Source: Granulicella sp.
GTDB lineage: Bacteria; Acidobacteriota; Terriglobia; Terriglobales; Acidobacteriaceae
DNA length: 64,000 bases
Direction: 5' to 3'
Assembly: GCA_027339965.1 (NCBI GenBank)
Contig: DAHWNL010000036.1
Location: 32,001-96,000 of the forward strand
The translations under genes and the position numbers were made by a program. Shown in pieces: positions 19,456 to 30,240 of this stretch. The notes under the pieces were generated by a model, which saw nothing but the letters and a program-made list of their open reading frames with translations, ran no database searches and had not been told where the DNA came from. Numbering within the stretch: position 1 is the stretch's first letter; each line of letters begins with the position of its first letter.

Positions 19456-20160
19456 ATGTATAAGCGAGTTCTGTTAAAGCTCTCTGGAGAGGCCCTGGCG
19501 GCCGGCCGAGGTTTTGGTGTCGATGCGCTGTTTGTGAATGCCATCGCGCAGGAGATCGCCGAGGCGGCACGCTCTGGTTGCGAGATCGGCATCGTCGTCG
19601 GGGGCGGAAACTTCTTCCGCGGGGTGGCGGAGCAGGCGATCCATATGGACCGCGTTGCGGCGGATCATATGGGCATGCTCTCCACGGTGATTAACGCTAT
19701 CGCCCTGCAGGATGCCATCGAGAAGACAGGGGTTCATGCTCGGGTGATGAGCGCCATTCAGATGCATCAGGTGGCTGAGCCGTACATCCGCCGTCGCGCG
19801 ATTCGCCACCTGGAAAAGGGACGGGTAGTGATCTTTGCCGCAGGCACCGGCAACCCGTACTTCTCGACGGATACAGCCGCCAGCCTGCGCGCCATGGAAA
19901 TTGGTGCGGAGGTTCTATTGAAGGCCACCAGCGTGGATGGCATCTATAGCGCTGATCCGAAGAAAGTGACCCACGCTACCAAGTTCGAGGAGATCAGCTA
20001 TATGGAGATCATCCGGCTGGGCCTGCAGGTGATGGACACCACGGCGGTCTCCTTGTGCAAGGACAACCGCCTGCCGATGATCATCTTCTCCATGCGCGAA
20101 CGGGGCAACATCCTGCGGGTGATCGCCGGCGAAAAACTGGGATCCCTGGTGACGGCGTAG
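19456..20160 (+). CDS. pyrH: UMP kinase
   Basis: [48 protein letters not shown]. Confidence 0.97.
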   Translation: MYKRVLLKLSGEALAAGRGFGVDALFVNAIAQEIAEAARSGCEIGIVVGGGNFFRGVAEQAIHMDRVAADHMGMLSTVINAIALQDAIEKTGVHARVMSAIQMHQVAEPYIRRRAIRHLEKGRVVIFAAGTGNPYFSTDTAASLRAMEIGAEVLLKATSVDGIYSADPKKVTHATKFEEISYMEIIRLGLQVMDTTAVSLCKDNRLPMIIFSMRERGNILRVIAGEKLGSLVTA

Positions 20161-20274
20161 CCCGGAGCAGTTCTATTGCTTTTTGCCGGCCGAAGCGGGC
20201 TCGCTGCGGCGTCCTCATTGAGCAAGACGCCCCAAAAGGCCGAGCTGGGTGCTGCGCTGACACGGAAGAAATCT

Positions 20275-21492
20275 TTAGCCGATCAGGACGGAACTGGCCC
20301 GCCTGGCCTCCGCTCTTCGGTTCCACCAGCGGCCGATCGCTTGCTGAGCCGGGTGCTCGAGCCATTTGCGCACCGCGACGGCCAGAAGGATGACGAAGAT
20401 GTAGGAGATCCAGGGATCGAACCGCGCCACGTGGAGCTTGTCTAGCACGTGGTATTTGTGCAGCAGGATGTAGGTGTTGAAGTGGAGTAGATAAAGGGCG
20501 TAGGTGGAAGCTCCAATGGCCACCAGCGGCTCCCAGGAGAGAAGCCGGGCGAGGATGCTGGGGCCGGAGAGACCCAGAATGATCATGGCGAATAACGGCG
20601 TCAGCAGGCCCCCATGCACCATGATGTAAGGCAGAGAGTTGGCCAGATGATAGGCCACAAACCAAAATCCCGCGAAGCCGAGTGTCCCAAGGATCACGCG
20701 AGCGCGCTCGCTGAGTTGGGCGGCATCATGAAGCCGGCCGAGCGTCAGCCCGGCAAGGAAGGTGCAGAGGTAGGGCAGAGGAGTGAACTTCAGGGTGTCG
20801 AGCCAGGGACCATCGCTATAGCGGTTGGCGGCGTGGGCCAGTTGATCCGGATTGCACAGAACATAGACGGTGTGCGGAATCAGACCCACGGCCCAGAGAG
20901 TGAGACCCAACGCCACCAGTTTGCTGGTGCTGCGCGGCCAGGGCAGGCGCAACAGCCAGGGAAAGGCGATGTAGAGCACCACTTCGCAGGATAGGGTCCA
21001 GGTCACCGTCATCCAGAAGGTCGCGAGGTGAGGGAAGAAACCCTGAGCCAGCAGGGGCGTGGCGATGGCTCCTATCCAAAAGTCGGTGCGGGAACGGACC
21101 GCCCACTCCGTCATCAGCATGGGGATGGAGACCAGCATGGTGAAGCCGTAGACCGGGTACAGGCGAGACAGGCGGGCTACCCAGAAGTCCACGGCGTTCA
21201 TCGGCTGCGAGCGCCCGGCGTAGTTGTAGGCCAGAATGAAGCCGGAGATGAGAAAGAAGAAGCTGACAAAGACGTAGCCGATGTTGATGAGCGGATAAAG
21301 AGTGATGGACGGATGCCGGCTCCAACTCAGTCCAGAAGGCGTGAAGTGGAACAGGACGATGGTGATCGCCAGCAGAGAGCGCAGACCGGTGAGCGCCGGA
21401 AGCGCCGGCCTGCGAGCGATCCGCGCTCCGGCTTGCCGCTCGCCGAGAGGCTCTCGATCGGATCTCGGTGCGGTCGCAGTCAAGTCCTGCAT
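20275..21492 (-). CDS. Acyltransferase 3 (OafA/YrhL-like) membrane protein
   Basis: LTGLRS, FH, VSFFFLISGFIL, RLSRLYP, WTLSCE, STYALYLLH, LEHP. Confidence 0.92.
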   Translation of the reverse strand: MQDLTATAPRSDREPLGERQAGARIARRPALPALTGLRSLLAITIVLFHFTPSGLSWSRHPSITLYPLINIGYVFVSFFFLISGFILAYNYAGRSQPMNAVDFWVARLSRLYPVYGFTMLVSIPMLMTEWAVRSRTDFWIGAIATPLLAQGFFPHLATFWMTVTWTLSCEVVLYIAFPWLLRLPWPRSTSKLVALGLTLWAVGLIPHTVYVLCNPDQLAHAANRYSDGPWLDTLKFTPLPYLCTFLAGLTLGRLHDAAQLSERARVILGTLGFAGFWFVAYHLANSLPYIMVHGGLLTPLFAMIILGLSGPSILARLLSWEPLVAIGASTYALYLLHFNTYILLHKYHVLDKLHVARFDPWISYIFVILLAVAVRKWLEHPAQQAIGRWWNRRAEARRASSVLIG

Positions 21493-21543
21493 CTCCTCTT
21501 TGGACGCACTGAAATGGTCGCAAGCCCCTTTGATTTGCAAAAT

Positions 21544-22260
21544 CTATCGAAATTCAATCCGCTGGAAGCCCCATTGCCGAAGGATCTGGGTCAGGACCGC
21601 CTGGGCATTCCGGGCCGCTGTATCCAGAATTCCATCGCGGAGTGCGGTCTGCTGCAACTGAGCCTGAACTCTTTGCAGCGTCTGCTGATCGAGATCTGGA
21701 ACGATCCGGATGAAGGAATCGGCTGACGGAGTATAGACTCGGGTCCCGGCGGCATCGACGAAGGCGCCAAAGAGTTCGGACCGGGGAAGCTCAAGGCGTA
21801 TCGAGCGTCCGCCGGAGTTCTCGTTGATCAGAACCTCATCCGGTTGCAGCTTGTCCATGTCCACGCCTGCCGTGGCGAGTCCATGCACAAGCACCTGGGG
21901 GTGTGCGATGGATGGCGGAGGCCGTGGAATTGCCGAAAGGGAGAGGGATGCGCCGGCCCGTGCAGAGGTTCCAGTGCGGGTGGAAGCGGGGTTGTTCCCG
22001 GGCCTCGTATCCACCACTGTATCGAGCGAATCCTCTGCGGTCTGCAAGCGATGGAGTTGCCGCAGTTGACGTACAACATCCTGAGCGGAGCCAATGGCCG
22101 GAGGATGGCCGGTGATGAGCGCCGCCAGCTTGCCAGCGGCGCCCGTGCGAGCGCTGTGGACAAAGACACCCAGCGCCGTGGCTCCCAGGATCATCGCCAG
22201 TAGCACCCCGGATAAAGCTCCCGAGCCCCGTGGCCTGCCGTAGTTGTACTGCATGGTCAT
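21544..22260 (-). CDS. DUF4230-like membrane-anchored protein
   Basis: N-terminal TM, QLHRLQTAE, HGLATAGVDMDKL, ALRDGILDTAARNA...GFQRIEF. Confidence 0.7.
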   Translation of the reverse strand: MTMQYNYGRPRGSGALSGVLLAMILGATALGVFVHSARTGAAGKLAALITGHPPAIGSAQDVVRQLRQLHRLQTAEDSLDTVVDTRPGNNPASTRTGTSARAGASLSLSAIPRPPPSIAHPQVLVHGLATAGVDMDKLQPDEVLINENSGGRSIRLELPRSELFGAFVDAAGTRVYTPSADSFIRIVPDLDQQTLQRVQAQLQQTALRDGILDTAARNAQAVLTQILRQWGFQRIEFR

Positions 22261-22390
22261 GATTCGATCGTCATCCGCACCGGGTAAAGGATATCGTGGA
22301 GAGGCGAAGGCTGTGGCGCAGGGGACGGACTTGGGTCCACGAGGGTGGTCGCCGGAGCCATCCGTGCAAGGCTGCGCAGGAGGGGGCCGG

Positions 22391-24160
<1,770 letters not shown>

Positions 24161-24218
24161 TCACCCGCCGTCGTTGCGTCTGACGAGCGAGAGGTACGCG
24201 CTGGGTTATGCTGCAGGA

Positions 24219-24695
24219 ATGGCACTGGATTCGCTGGCGCTTCGGCTGGAGCAGCGCGCGTACATGGTGCTGCGCTCCTGGTTGGACCGTAAGCATATGA
24301 AACCAGCACACTTGCTGACTGGCGAGAGGGGAGAGGACGCGGCCTTCTACCATCTGCGCAGCCTGGGCTACACGGTGGTGGCGCGGCGCTGGCGGGCCGA
24401 GCGCCTGCGCGGCGACTTGGATCTGGTGGCCTGGGACGGCGACACGCTGGTGATCTTCGAGATCAAGACCCGGACGGCTCGGGACTTGGCTCCCGCCGAG
24501 AGCGCTGTGGACGGCCGGAAGCAGCAGACGCTGCGCCGGCTGGCCAGGGTTTATCTGCGCCAATTGCCTGGCTCGGCGGGCTCAATGGTTCCCCTGCGCT
24601 TCGATATTCTCTCCGTCTACCTGCTCTCCGAAGGAACGGAATTCGAGCATATTCGTGGCGCTTTCACCTTCGCAGAGGAGTGGGGCCGCGCCTGA
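24219..24695 (+). CDS. yraN: YraN (UPF0102) family protein
   Basis: GERGEDAA, GYTVVARRWR, GDLDLVA, FEIKTR, LRFDIL. Confidence 0.88.
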   Translation: MALDSLALRLEQRAYMVLRSWLDRKHMKPAHLLTGERGEDAAFYHLRSLGYTVVARRWRAERLRGDLDLVAWDGDTLVIFEIKTRTARDLAPAESAVDGRKQQTLRRLARVYLRQLPGSAGSMVPLRFDILSVYLLSEGTEFEHIRGAFTFAEEWGRA

Positions 24696-24839
24696 GGGAC
24701 GAGTGCGTGCGGGGGAGCGGCGTTGCGTGACGGCGAGTGTTGGCCAACAGGCGCGCCGGCTTTGAGGCCGGTTCGCGATTTTATCTGGACCGTTGTTTAA
24801 TGGCTGGAGGCGGAAATTGACGCCACGAGGACGCCGCAG

Positions 24840-25331
24840 ATGAGCTTGATGGATGCACCCTCCTACGATCCAACCCGAGATAACCAACGCCGCAATCTCA
24901 TCATCGGCGCGGTGGTCGCAGTCCTGCTGCTGGGTCTGGTCGCCTTTGCCGGGTATGTCTCCGGTCACGGATGGATGTTCAGCAACCTGGGCTACGAACA
25001 CCGCGTCAACACCTTCTTCGACGTTCTCCAGGAAAAGGATTATGCCAAGGCTTACGGCATCTACTATAACGATCCGAACTGGCAAGAGCATCCGCAGAAG
25101 TACAGTGGTTACCCCCTGGCCCGATTCACTGAGGATTGGACGAAGGATAGTCCGATCCATGAACCGATCACATGGCATCACGTGGATAAGTCCGTGGCTG
25201 CCGGGAGCGGCTACTTCGGAACCGGGGTCATCGTGGCCGTGCGTGTCAACGGAGGACACAAGATCTTCATGTATGTGAACCGCGCAGACAAGACGTTGAC
25301 CTGGCCGGCTCCCTATATCTTCCAGTACTGA
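24840..25331 (+). CDS. Conserved hypothetical single-pass membrane protein
   Basis: Coding-like ORF with a TM segment (LIIGAVVAVLLLGLVAFAG) and an aromatic-rich soluble domain. Confidence 0.7.
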   Translation: MSLMDAPSYDPTRDNQRRNLIIGAVVAVLLLGLVAFAGYVSGHGWMFSNLGYEHRVNTFFDVLQEKDYAKAYGIYYNDPNWQEHPQKYSGYPLARFTEDWTKDSPIHEPITWHHVDKSVAAGSGYFGTGVIVAVRVNGGHKIFMYVNRADKTLTWPAPYIFQY

Positions 25332-25564
25332 GAGCCTTTCGAATCTGGCAAAAGCCATCGCGGTCGATGGGCCGGGCGCCGCCGGACGGGATCTGCGAAT
25401 GAGAGCTCCGGGCAGCCGAGACGACGCGGAGCGCAGCCGAGAGGACGTTGGAGCACCGACAGGGATGCGGCCTGGAGCAGGCAAGACGTATCCGGAGCTG
25501 TCGGGGGAGCCGTCGGGAGCCGTCCGGGAGCCGCACGGGGCGTTGAAGTTTCAAGTAGAGTGGC

Positions 25565-26845
25565 TCAGCCCAGCAGCATCGCTGCAACTTCCCCCGGCCT
25601 GCCTTGAAGGGTGCGGCGTGAGGCGGCCACCAGCAAAACCATGGCCAGCGCTGTAAGCAAGGGCATACCCAGTCCGGCCCGTAGCGAATGGGCCCAGGTG
25701 GAGACGCCTCCGGTTGCCAAAGGCAGCAGAGACGAACCGAGCGCGGCGATGGTGAAGGCCAGGGAACTCTCTTTGCGTCTTAGAACGATCGCCAGCAGAA
25801 GCGGGTACACAGGGCCCGTAGCCAGCCCGAGGACCCCGGCCGCCAGCAGGGTGACAAAGCCGGCTGGCCAGGCAAGCAGAAGGGCCAGCGAGGCAGCCAT
25901 CGTCAACACGCTGGAGCCCAGAACGGCGCGCTCGCTCAGCCGCGAGACCCAGGTGGTGGAGTGAAGGATACGGCTCAACAGCGAACCCAGCCAGAGGAAC
26001 GTGGCCGCGCCGATGGTCGCTCCCAGGGAGTCTCCGGCTCGTTGTGCATAGGATGTCAGCCAGCCGGATGCCGCAGCCTCAATGCCGGTGGCGCCAAAGA
26101 TCAGAGCGAGCAGGGTCCATGGGACGCCCAGGCGGCCCCGCAACCGTGGCGCGGGCAAGATCTGGGCTGGTTGCGAGGGCGAGGGAGCGCCGCTGGCCGT
26201 GGACGATGCGGGCTCGGGATTGACTTTGATGCCTATGGCCCAGAGCGCGGCCAGCAGAAAGAAAAGAGCGACGCCGAGCAGAACATGTTGCAGATGGTGC
26301 AGGCTGGAGGAGGAGAGCGCCAGCGCTTGCGCCGCCGCGGAAAGGTGGGAGCGAGCCAATGGATGGATAGGCCCCCAACCTGTTGATTGCAGAGCAATCC
26401 ATGGTCCCATGGCGGCGCCCAAAGCCCACACCAGATTCAAACGCATCAGCTCCACGCGGCGCTGCATGGGGAATTGTTGTGAAACCAGAAGACTGATGGA
26501 GGTCATCGTCAACGCCAAGCCAAAGCCGTAAAGGGCTATGGCCGCATAGGCCTCCCAGCGGCTCGCCCCAATCAGGCAACAGGCGCCGAGCGCGGTCAAC
26601 AAGGAGCCTCGCGCGAGCGAAAAGTGCATCCGTCCACGGGCGCTGTAGGCGCCAAAGATCCCCAGACCGTAGAAGCAGAAGAGAAGGATTCCGCCGCGAG
26701 CATCGGTCATGGACCAGCGCAGGAGCAGCAGCGGCATCGCCGCGCCCGGAATCGTAAACCCTAAGCCGGTCGCCATGAAGGTTGCGAACAGCGGAGTCTT
26801 CCGTAGAGCCTTGAAACGAGCCTTGCCGCAAAGACGCTTGCTCAT
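25565..26845 (-). CDS. MFS transporter (FucP/TsgA-like); start uncertain
   Basis: About 12 hydrophobic segments, LNLVWALGAAMGP, GIEAAASGWLTSY, GPVYPLL. Confidence 0.8.
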   Translation of the reverse strand: MSKRLCGKARFKALRKTPLFATFMATGLGFTIPGAAMPLLLLRWSMTDARGGILLFCFYGLGIFGAYSARGRMHFSLARGSLLTALGACCLIGASRWEAYAAIALYGFGLALTMTSISLLVSQQFPMQRRVELMRLNLVWALGAAMGPWIALQSTGWGPIHPLARSHLSAAAQALALSSSSLHHLQHVLLGVALFFLLAALWAIGIKVNPEPASSTASGAPSPSQPAQILPAPRLRGRLGVPWTLLALIFGATGIEAAASGWLTSYAQRAGDSLGATIGAATFLWLGSLLSRILHSTTWVSRLSERAVLGSSVLTMAASLALLLAWPAGFVTLLAAGVLGLATGPVYPLLLAIVLRRKESSLAFTIAALGSSLLPLATGGVSTWAHSLRAGLGMPLLTALAMVLLVAASRRTLQGRPGEVAAMLLG

Positions 26846-27067
26846 CGTTTTGTTTCGCACATCGCGCCCACCCGCAGGCCAGCCCTTGGCAGCCAGCCCG
26901 AACCGGGACTCTCCGCCGCTCGAACCCCAACCCACGGATTATACGTCGCGCTGTTCCAGGGGTGGGCCCGGAAGATCTCTGGGCGAAAGCAGAAACATGG
27001 ATGGCGCAGCGGGACTGTGTGCAGCACTCCAATGTCCGCGCCGGAGAAAGCTGCCGGCCAAGCGCAG

Positions 27068-27103
27068 AAAAAACCTGCTCCGCGTGAACACGGTTGGAGC
27101 AGG
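27068..27103 (-). terminator. Rho-independent terminator
   Basis: Minus strand CCTGCTCC-loop-GGAGCAGG followed by TTTTTT, downstream of the 27166 gene. Confidence 0.7.
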
Positions 27104-27165
27104 CTCGGTTGAGACTCGCAGGTCGGAAAGCGATAAGGCCGGCATTCGCTCGCGCGGTTGCCGGA

Positions 27166-27444
27166 TCAGGAACGCGATTGTGCGACCAGTTGTGCGACCC
27201 AGAGGCCGAAGAGAACGACGCTCATCAGCGAGGCAATGGCACCAGCTCCGGCACAGTAGGGCTGGATGAAGTTCACCCGGCGAACGATCTTATCGTTTTC
27301 TAGCTGAGAGTCCGGAAGTGCGCTTTCGCTCAGGAATAGTTGGTCCGTTTCATGCTGAGTCAGCGTTCCACGGTAGACCATTAAGCCGACAAACACGGTG
27401 ACACAGACGCCCCAAAGGATGGCAGCAATGTGTAATGCGCTCAT
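27166..27444 (-). CDS. Small two-TM hypothetical protein
   Basis: MSALHIAAILWGVCVTVFVGLMVYRGTLTQHETDQLFL...; two hydrophobic helices; GGGGG upstream. Confidence 0.7.
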   Translation of the reverse strand: MSALHIAAILWGVCVTVFVGLMVYRGTLTQHETDQLFLSESALPDSQLENDKIVRRVNFIQPYCAGAGAIASLMSVVLFGLWVAQLVAQSRS

Positions 27445-27631
27445 AGTGTCCCCCAGAAACCCTTGATGTTCTGGTCCTCGATACCTTGCTTCTCGCCGCC
27501 CTCTTGACTCGGCGGGAGCGAGCAGCCTGGCGGGCGGAACCTTACTGAGCAGAATCATACGCCATAAATGATTGTGTGGAGAGAGCTTTTCGAACAAGTT
27601 ACCTTTGTTTGTACCCGTTGCTCACTTTGGT

Positions 27632-27805
27632 CTACACGTTATGGAAAACGACGACTCCAGCGGCTGCAAAGGCAACCAGGATCAGGATGAGGGTGCCCAG
27701 CAGGAACCAGACGGCACGGCGGAGTTTCTGCGGGGTGGGCTGGGTGATGCCGAAGGTGCGGTAAAACGCGATGGCTACAGCCTCCAGGAGTCGCATGATC
27801 CTCAT
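27632..27805 (-). CDS. Small membrane protein (57 aa; below the ORF-track cutoff)
   Basis: MRIMRLLEAVAIAFYRTFGITQPTPQKLRRAVWFLLGTLILILVAFAAAGVVVFHNV*; AGGA upstream; clear C-terminal TM. Confidence 0.65.
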   Translation of the reverse strand: MRIMRLLEAVAIAFYRTFGITQPTPQKLRRAVWFLLGTLILILVAFAAAGVVVFHNV

Positions 27806-28105
27806 GGTAATCCTGTTTTGGTTCTGCTGTTTTCACTCTTCTGCAGAGGGGCTCCGGCGTCCAGGCTGATGTCCTGGTCTCTAGATCGGGACAGGATTCC
27901 GGGGGCTCCGGCGCAGGTTCTGGGCCTTTTTGCGGGCTGGAGCTCCATCCGTGCATCCCCAGCCCAACGGAGGCATCCAACCAGAAGACAAGCCGGAGTT
28001 GGGCTTGCCGGCTAACTTGCTGGCCGAGAGGCCGCGGGCTAGACTGAGATCAGGGTGCCGGAGCGAAGTAAACTTCGGCCCCAAGTCGATGAAGGAGAAC
28101 CGTTC

Positions 28106-28486
28106 ATGGCCACCATCCCATCCGTTCCGGAAGTCGTCAGCGCACCCGCCGCTGCCTCAACCCCGATCGTGCTTACGCCGGCGGCTGTCGCCAAGGTGAA
28201 GGAGATCATGGCAACGCAGGATCCGGTGCCGGCAGGGCTGCGGATCGGTGTGGCTGGGGGCGGATGCTCCGGGTTTCAGTATTCCATGTCCTTTGAGAAC
28301 TCGGCTGGGATGATGGACAAGATCATGCACTTTGACGATCTCAAGGTCTTTGTCGACGCCACCAGCGCCATGTATCTGAGCGGTTGTACGGTGGATTATG
28401 TTGAGACCCTGGAGGCGGCCGGATTCAAGTTTGAGAATCCTCAGGTGAAGTCCACCTGTGGTTGCGGTTCCAGCTTCAGCGTTTGA
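28106..28486 (+). CDS. HesB/IscA/ErpA-family A-type Fe-S carrier
   Basis: LTPAA, GGGCSGFQY, GFKFENP, STCGCGSSF. SD AAGGAG. Confidence 0.95.
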   Translation: MATIPSVPEVVSAPAAASTPIVLTPAAVAKVKEIMATQDPVPAGLRIGVAGGGCSGFQYSMSFENSAGMMDKIMHFDDLKVFVDATSAMYLSGCTVDYVETLEAAGFKFENPQVKSTCGCGSSFSV

Positions 28487-28659
28487 GGATTTGAGGGGCG
28501 GATGGAGATTAGGCTGATGAGCCCCCGAATCCAGCCGGCACGTGTCTGGGCACGTGTCTGTCGGTTGGTACTCCAGCCGTCGAGCTGAGCGGTGGGGTAG
28601 CGTTTTTGAAAGCTCGACATGGAGATCCAAAGACCGTCCTGAAAGACGAGCAGTGCTCT

Positions 28660-28695
28660 TGGCAAGGCCCCGTTGAAACCGGCGGGGCCTTGCCA
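28660..28695. terminator. Strong GC hairpin (13-bp perfect inverted repeat)
   Basis: TGGCAAGGCCCCG-N10-CGGGGCCTTGCCA; only a weak U-tract follows. Confidence 0.5.
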
Positions 28696-28715
28696 CATTT
28701 GATCGCGGGATATAC

Positions 28716-28825
28716 AGCGTTTTCAGTGTTGATGGGTACACCGGACGGGGCGTGCAGTGGCGTTTTCATCGGGGAAAATGCCCATGGAGGTCGAGGCGTC
28801 GCGTTACACCTGCACTGAAAACGCT
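28716..28825. ncRNA. Candidate structured RNA or leader: 110-nt irregular hairpin, family unassigned
   Basis: 13-bp closing stem AGCGTTTTCAGTG/CACTGAAAACGCT, inner GACG/CGTC pairing and apical stem GGCGTTTTC/GAAAATGCC. Confidence 0.3.
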
Positions 28826-28906
28826 TTAGCGCGCCGACGAAGCAAATCCGGGCATGGAACGTCTAAGCTGGCAGAGAGCCCACCCTTGTAGCGCGGAATT
28901 GCCCGC

Positions 28907-30100
28907 ATGAATGAATTCATTGTAAAAATCGCTGACGAACGCGGCCGCGTGCAGGAGCAGACACACGCGGCGGCCACAGCCGCGGAGTTGCGCTCGCGGT
29001 TTACGCAGGCCGGATATCTGGTCTACTCGGTCAAGCCACGCTCCGCGTTGGGTCGCAGCGCGAAGAAAAAGATCAAGCTCGATACTTTTCTGATCTTCAA
29101 TCAGCAGTTTCTGACCCTGATTCGCGCCGGCCTGCCGATCTTGAGTTCCATCGATCTGCTGGCCAAGCGGCAGAAAGATCTCAGCTTCCGGGCGCAGTTG
29201 GAGGATGTGGGCGCCCGGGTGAAGACGGGCGAGTCGATCTCGGCCGCGTTTGAGGCTCAGGGGACGGTTCCGTTGATCTACACGACCACGCTCCTGGCCG
29301 GAGAGCGTTCGGGAAACCTGGAAGAGGTGTTGCAGCGGTACCTGGACTTCCAGCGGGTCTCGCTGACCTTCCGCAAGAAGCTGCGAGCGGCGCTGATCTA
29401 CCCAGCGTTTCTCATTGTGATGGTGACGGGGCTTTTCACCTTTCTGATTACCTTTGTGGTTCCGCGCTTTGCCGGGCTCTACGCCCAACTGGGGACCAAG
29501 CTGCCTGCGATGACCCTGTGGATGCTGGCGATTGGGCAGGATGCGCAGCATGATGGGCTGTACGCGGTGCCGGTGCTGGCGCTGCTGGCGTATCTTGTCA
29601 TGCGCTGGAGCCGCAGTGACCGGGGAGCGGACATGATTGACCGGGTACGCGTGAAGACCCCGATCCTGGGCTCGGTCTGGCTGAAGTATCAGGTAGGGCT
29701 CTTCTCGCGAACCTTGGCGACGTTGCTGACCGGAGGTTTGCCGCTGGTGCCGAGCCTGGAGACGGCGGCGCGCTCGATCGAGTCGAGGTCAATCTCCAAG
29801 GCGGTACGTTCTTCGGTGGAGACGGTGCGTGAGGGCAAGGGGCTGGCGATCAGCCTGGACCGGACCGGGGTCTTCCCCGAGTTATCCATCGAGATGATCG
29901 AGGTGGGAGAAAGCACAGGAGCGCTGCCGCAGATGCTGAACTCGGTGGCCGAGTTCTTTGAAGAGGACGTACAGACCTCGCTGGCGGCGATCATGAGCAT
30001 GATTGAGCCGCTGATTCTGATCGTGATGGGCGCGGTTGTGGTGACGGTGCTGATTGCGCTTTACCTGCCCATTCTGAGTTTGAACGGGGTCGGGGGCTAG
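28907..30100 (+). CDS. pilC: Type IV pilus/T2SS inner-membrane platform protein (PilC/GspF)
   Basis: QFLTLIRAGLPI, AGERSGNL, ALIYP, VVPRF, MIEVGESTGAL, IEPLILIVMG. Confidence 0.92.
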   Translation: MNEFIVKIADERGRVQEQTHAAATAAELRSRFTQAGYLVYSVKPRSALGRSAKKKIKLDTFLIFNQQFLTLIRAGLPILSSIDLLAKRQKDLSFRAQLEDVGARVKTGESISAAFEAQGTVPLIYTTTLLAGERSGNLEEVLQRYLDFQRVSLTFRKKLRAALIYPAFLIVMVTGLFTFLITFVVPRFAGLYAQLGTKLPAMTLWMLAIGQDAQHDGLYAVPVLALLAYLVMRWSRSDRGADMIDRVRVKTPILGSVWLKYQVGLFSRTLATLLTGGLPLVPSLETAARSIESRSISKAVRSSVETVREGKGLAISLDRTGVFPELSIEMIEVGESTGALPQMLNSVAEFFEEDVQTSLAAIMSMIEPLILIVMGAVVVTVLIALYLPILSLNGVGG

Positions 30101-30240
30101 GGCGGGCCCGGCGATTCCTTTTGCTTGCCGGGGGAACATCGCCGGCATGGGTTTTTGGCGAGAAGGTTTCGCGCGTATCGTTGAGGGCAATGAGAGCAAG
30201 AGGGCAATGAGGGCAAGAGTGTTGGTGAGGTCGAGGAGCC

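Noticed and set aside
28495..28535. CTGATGAG...CGAA as a hammerhead core, or GATGG...GCTGATGA as a fluoride riboswitch
   Set aside because: No stem II or GAAA with flanking stems and no fluoride P1/pseudoknot; better explained as a simple hairpin.
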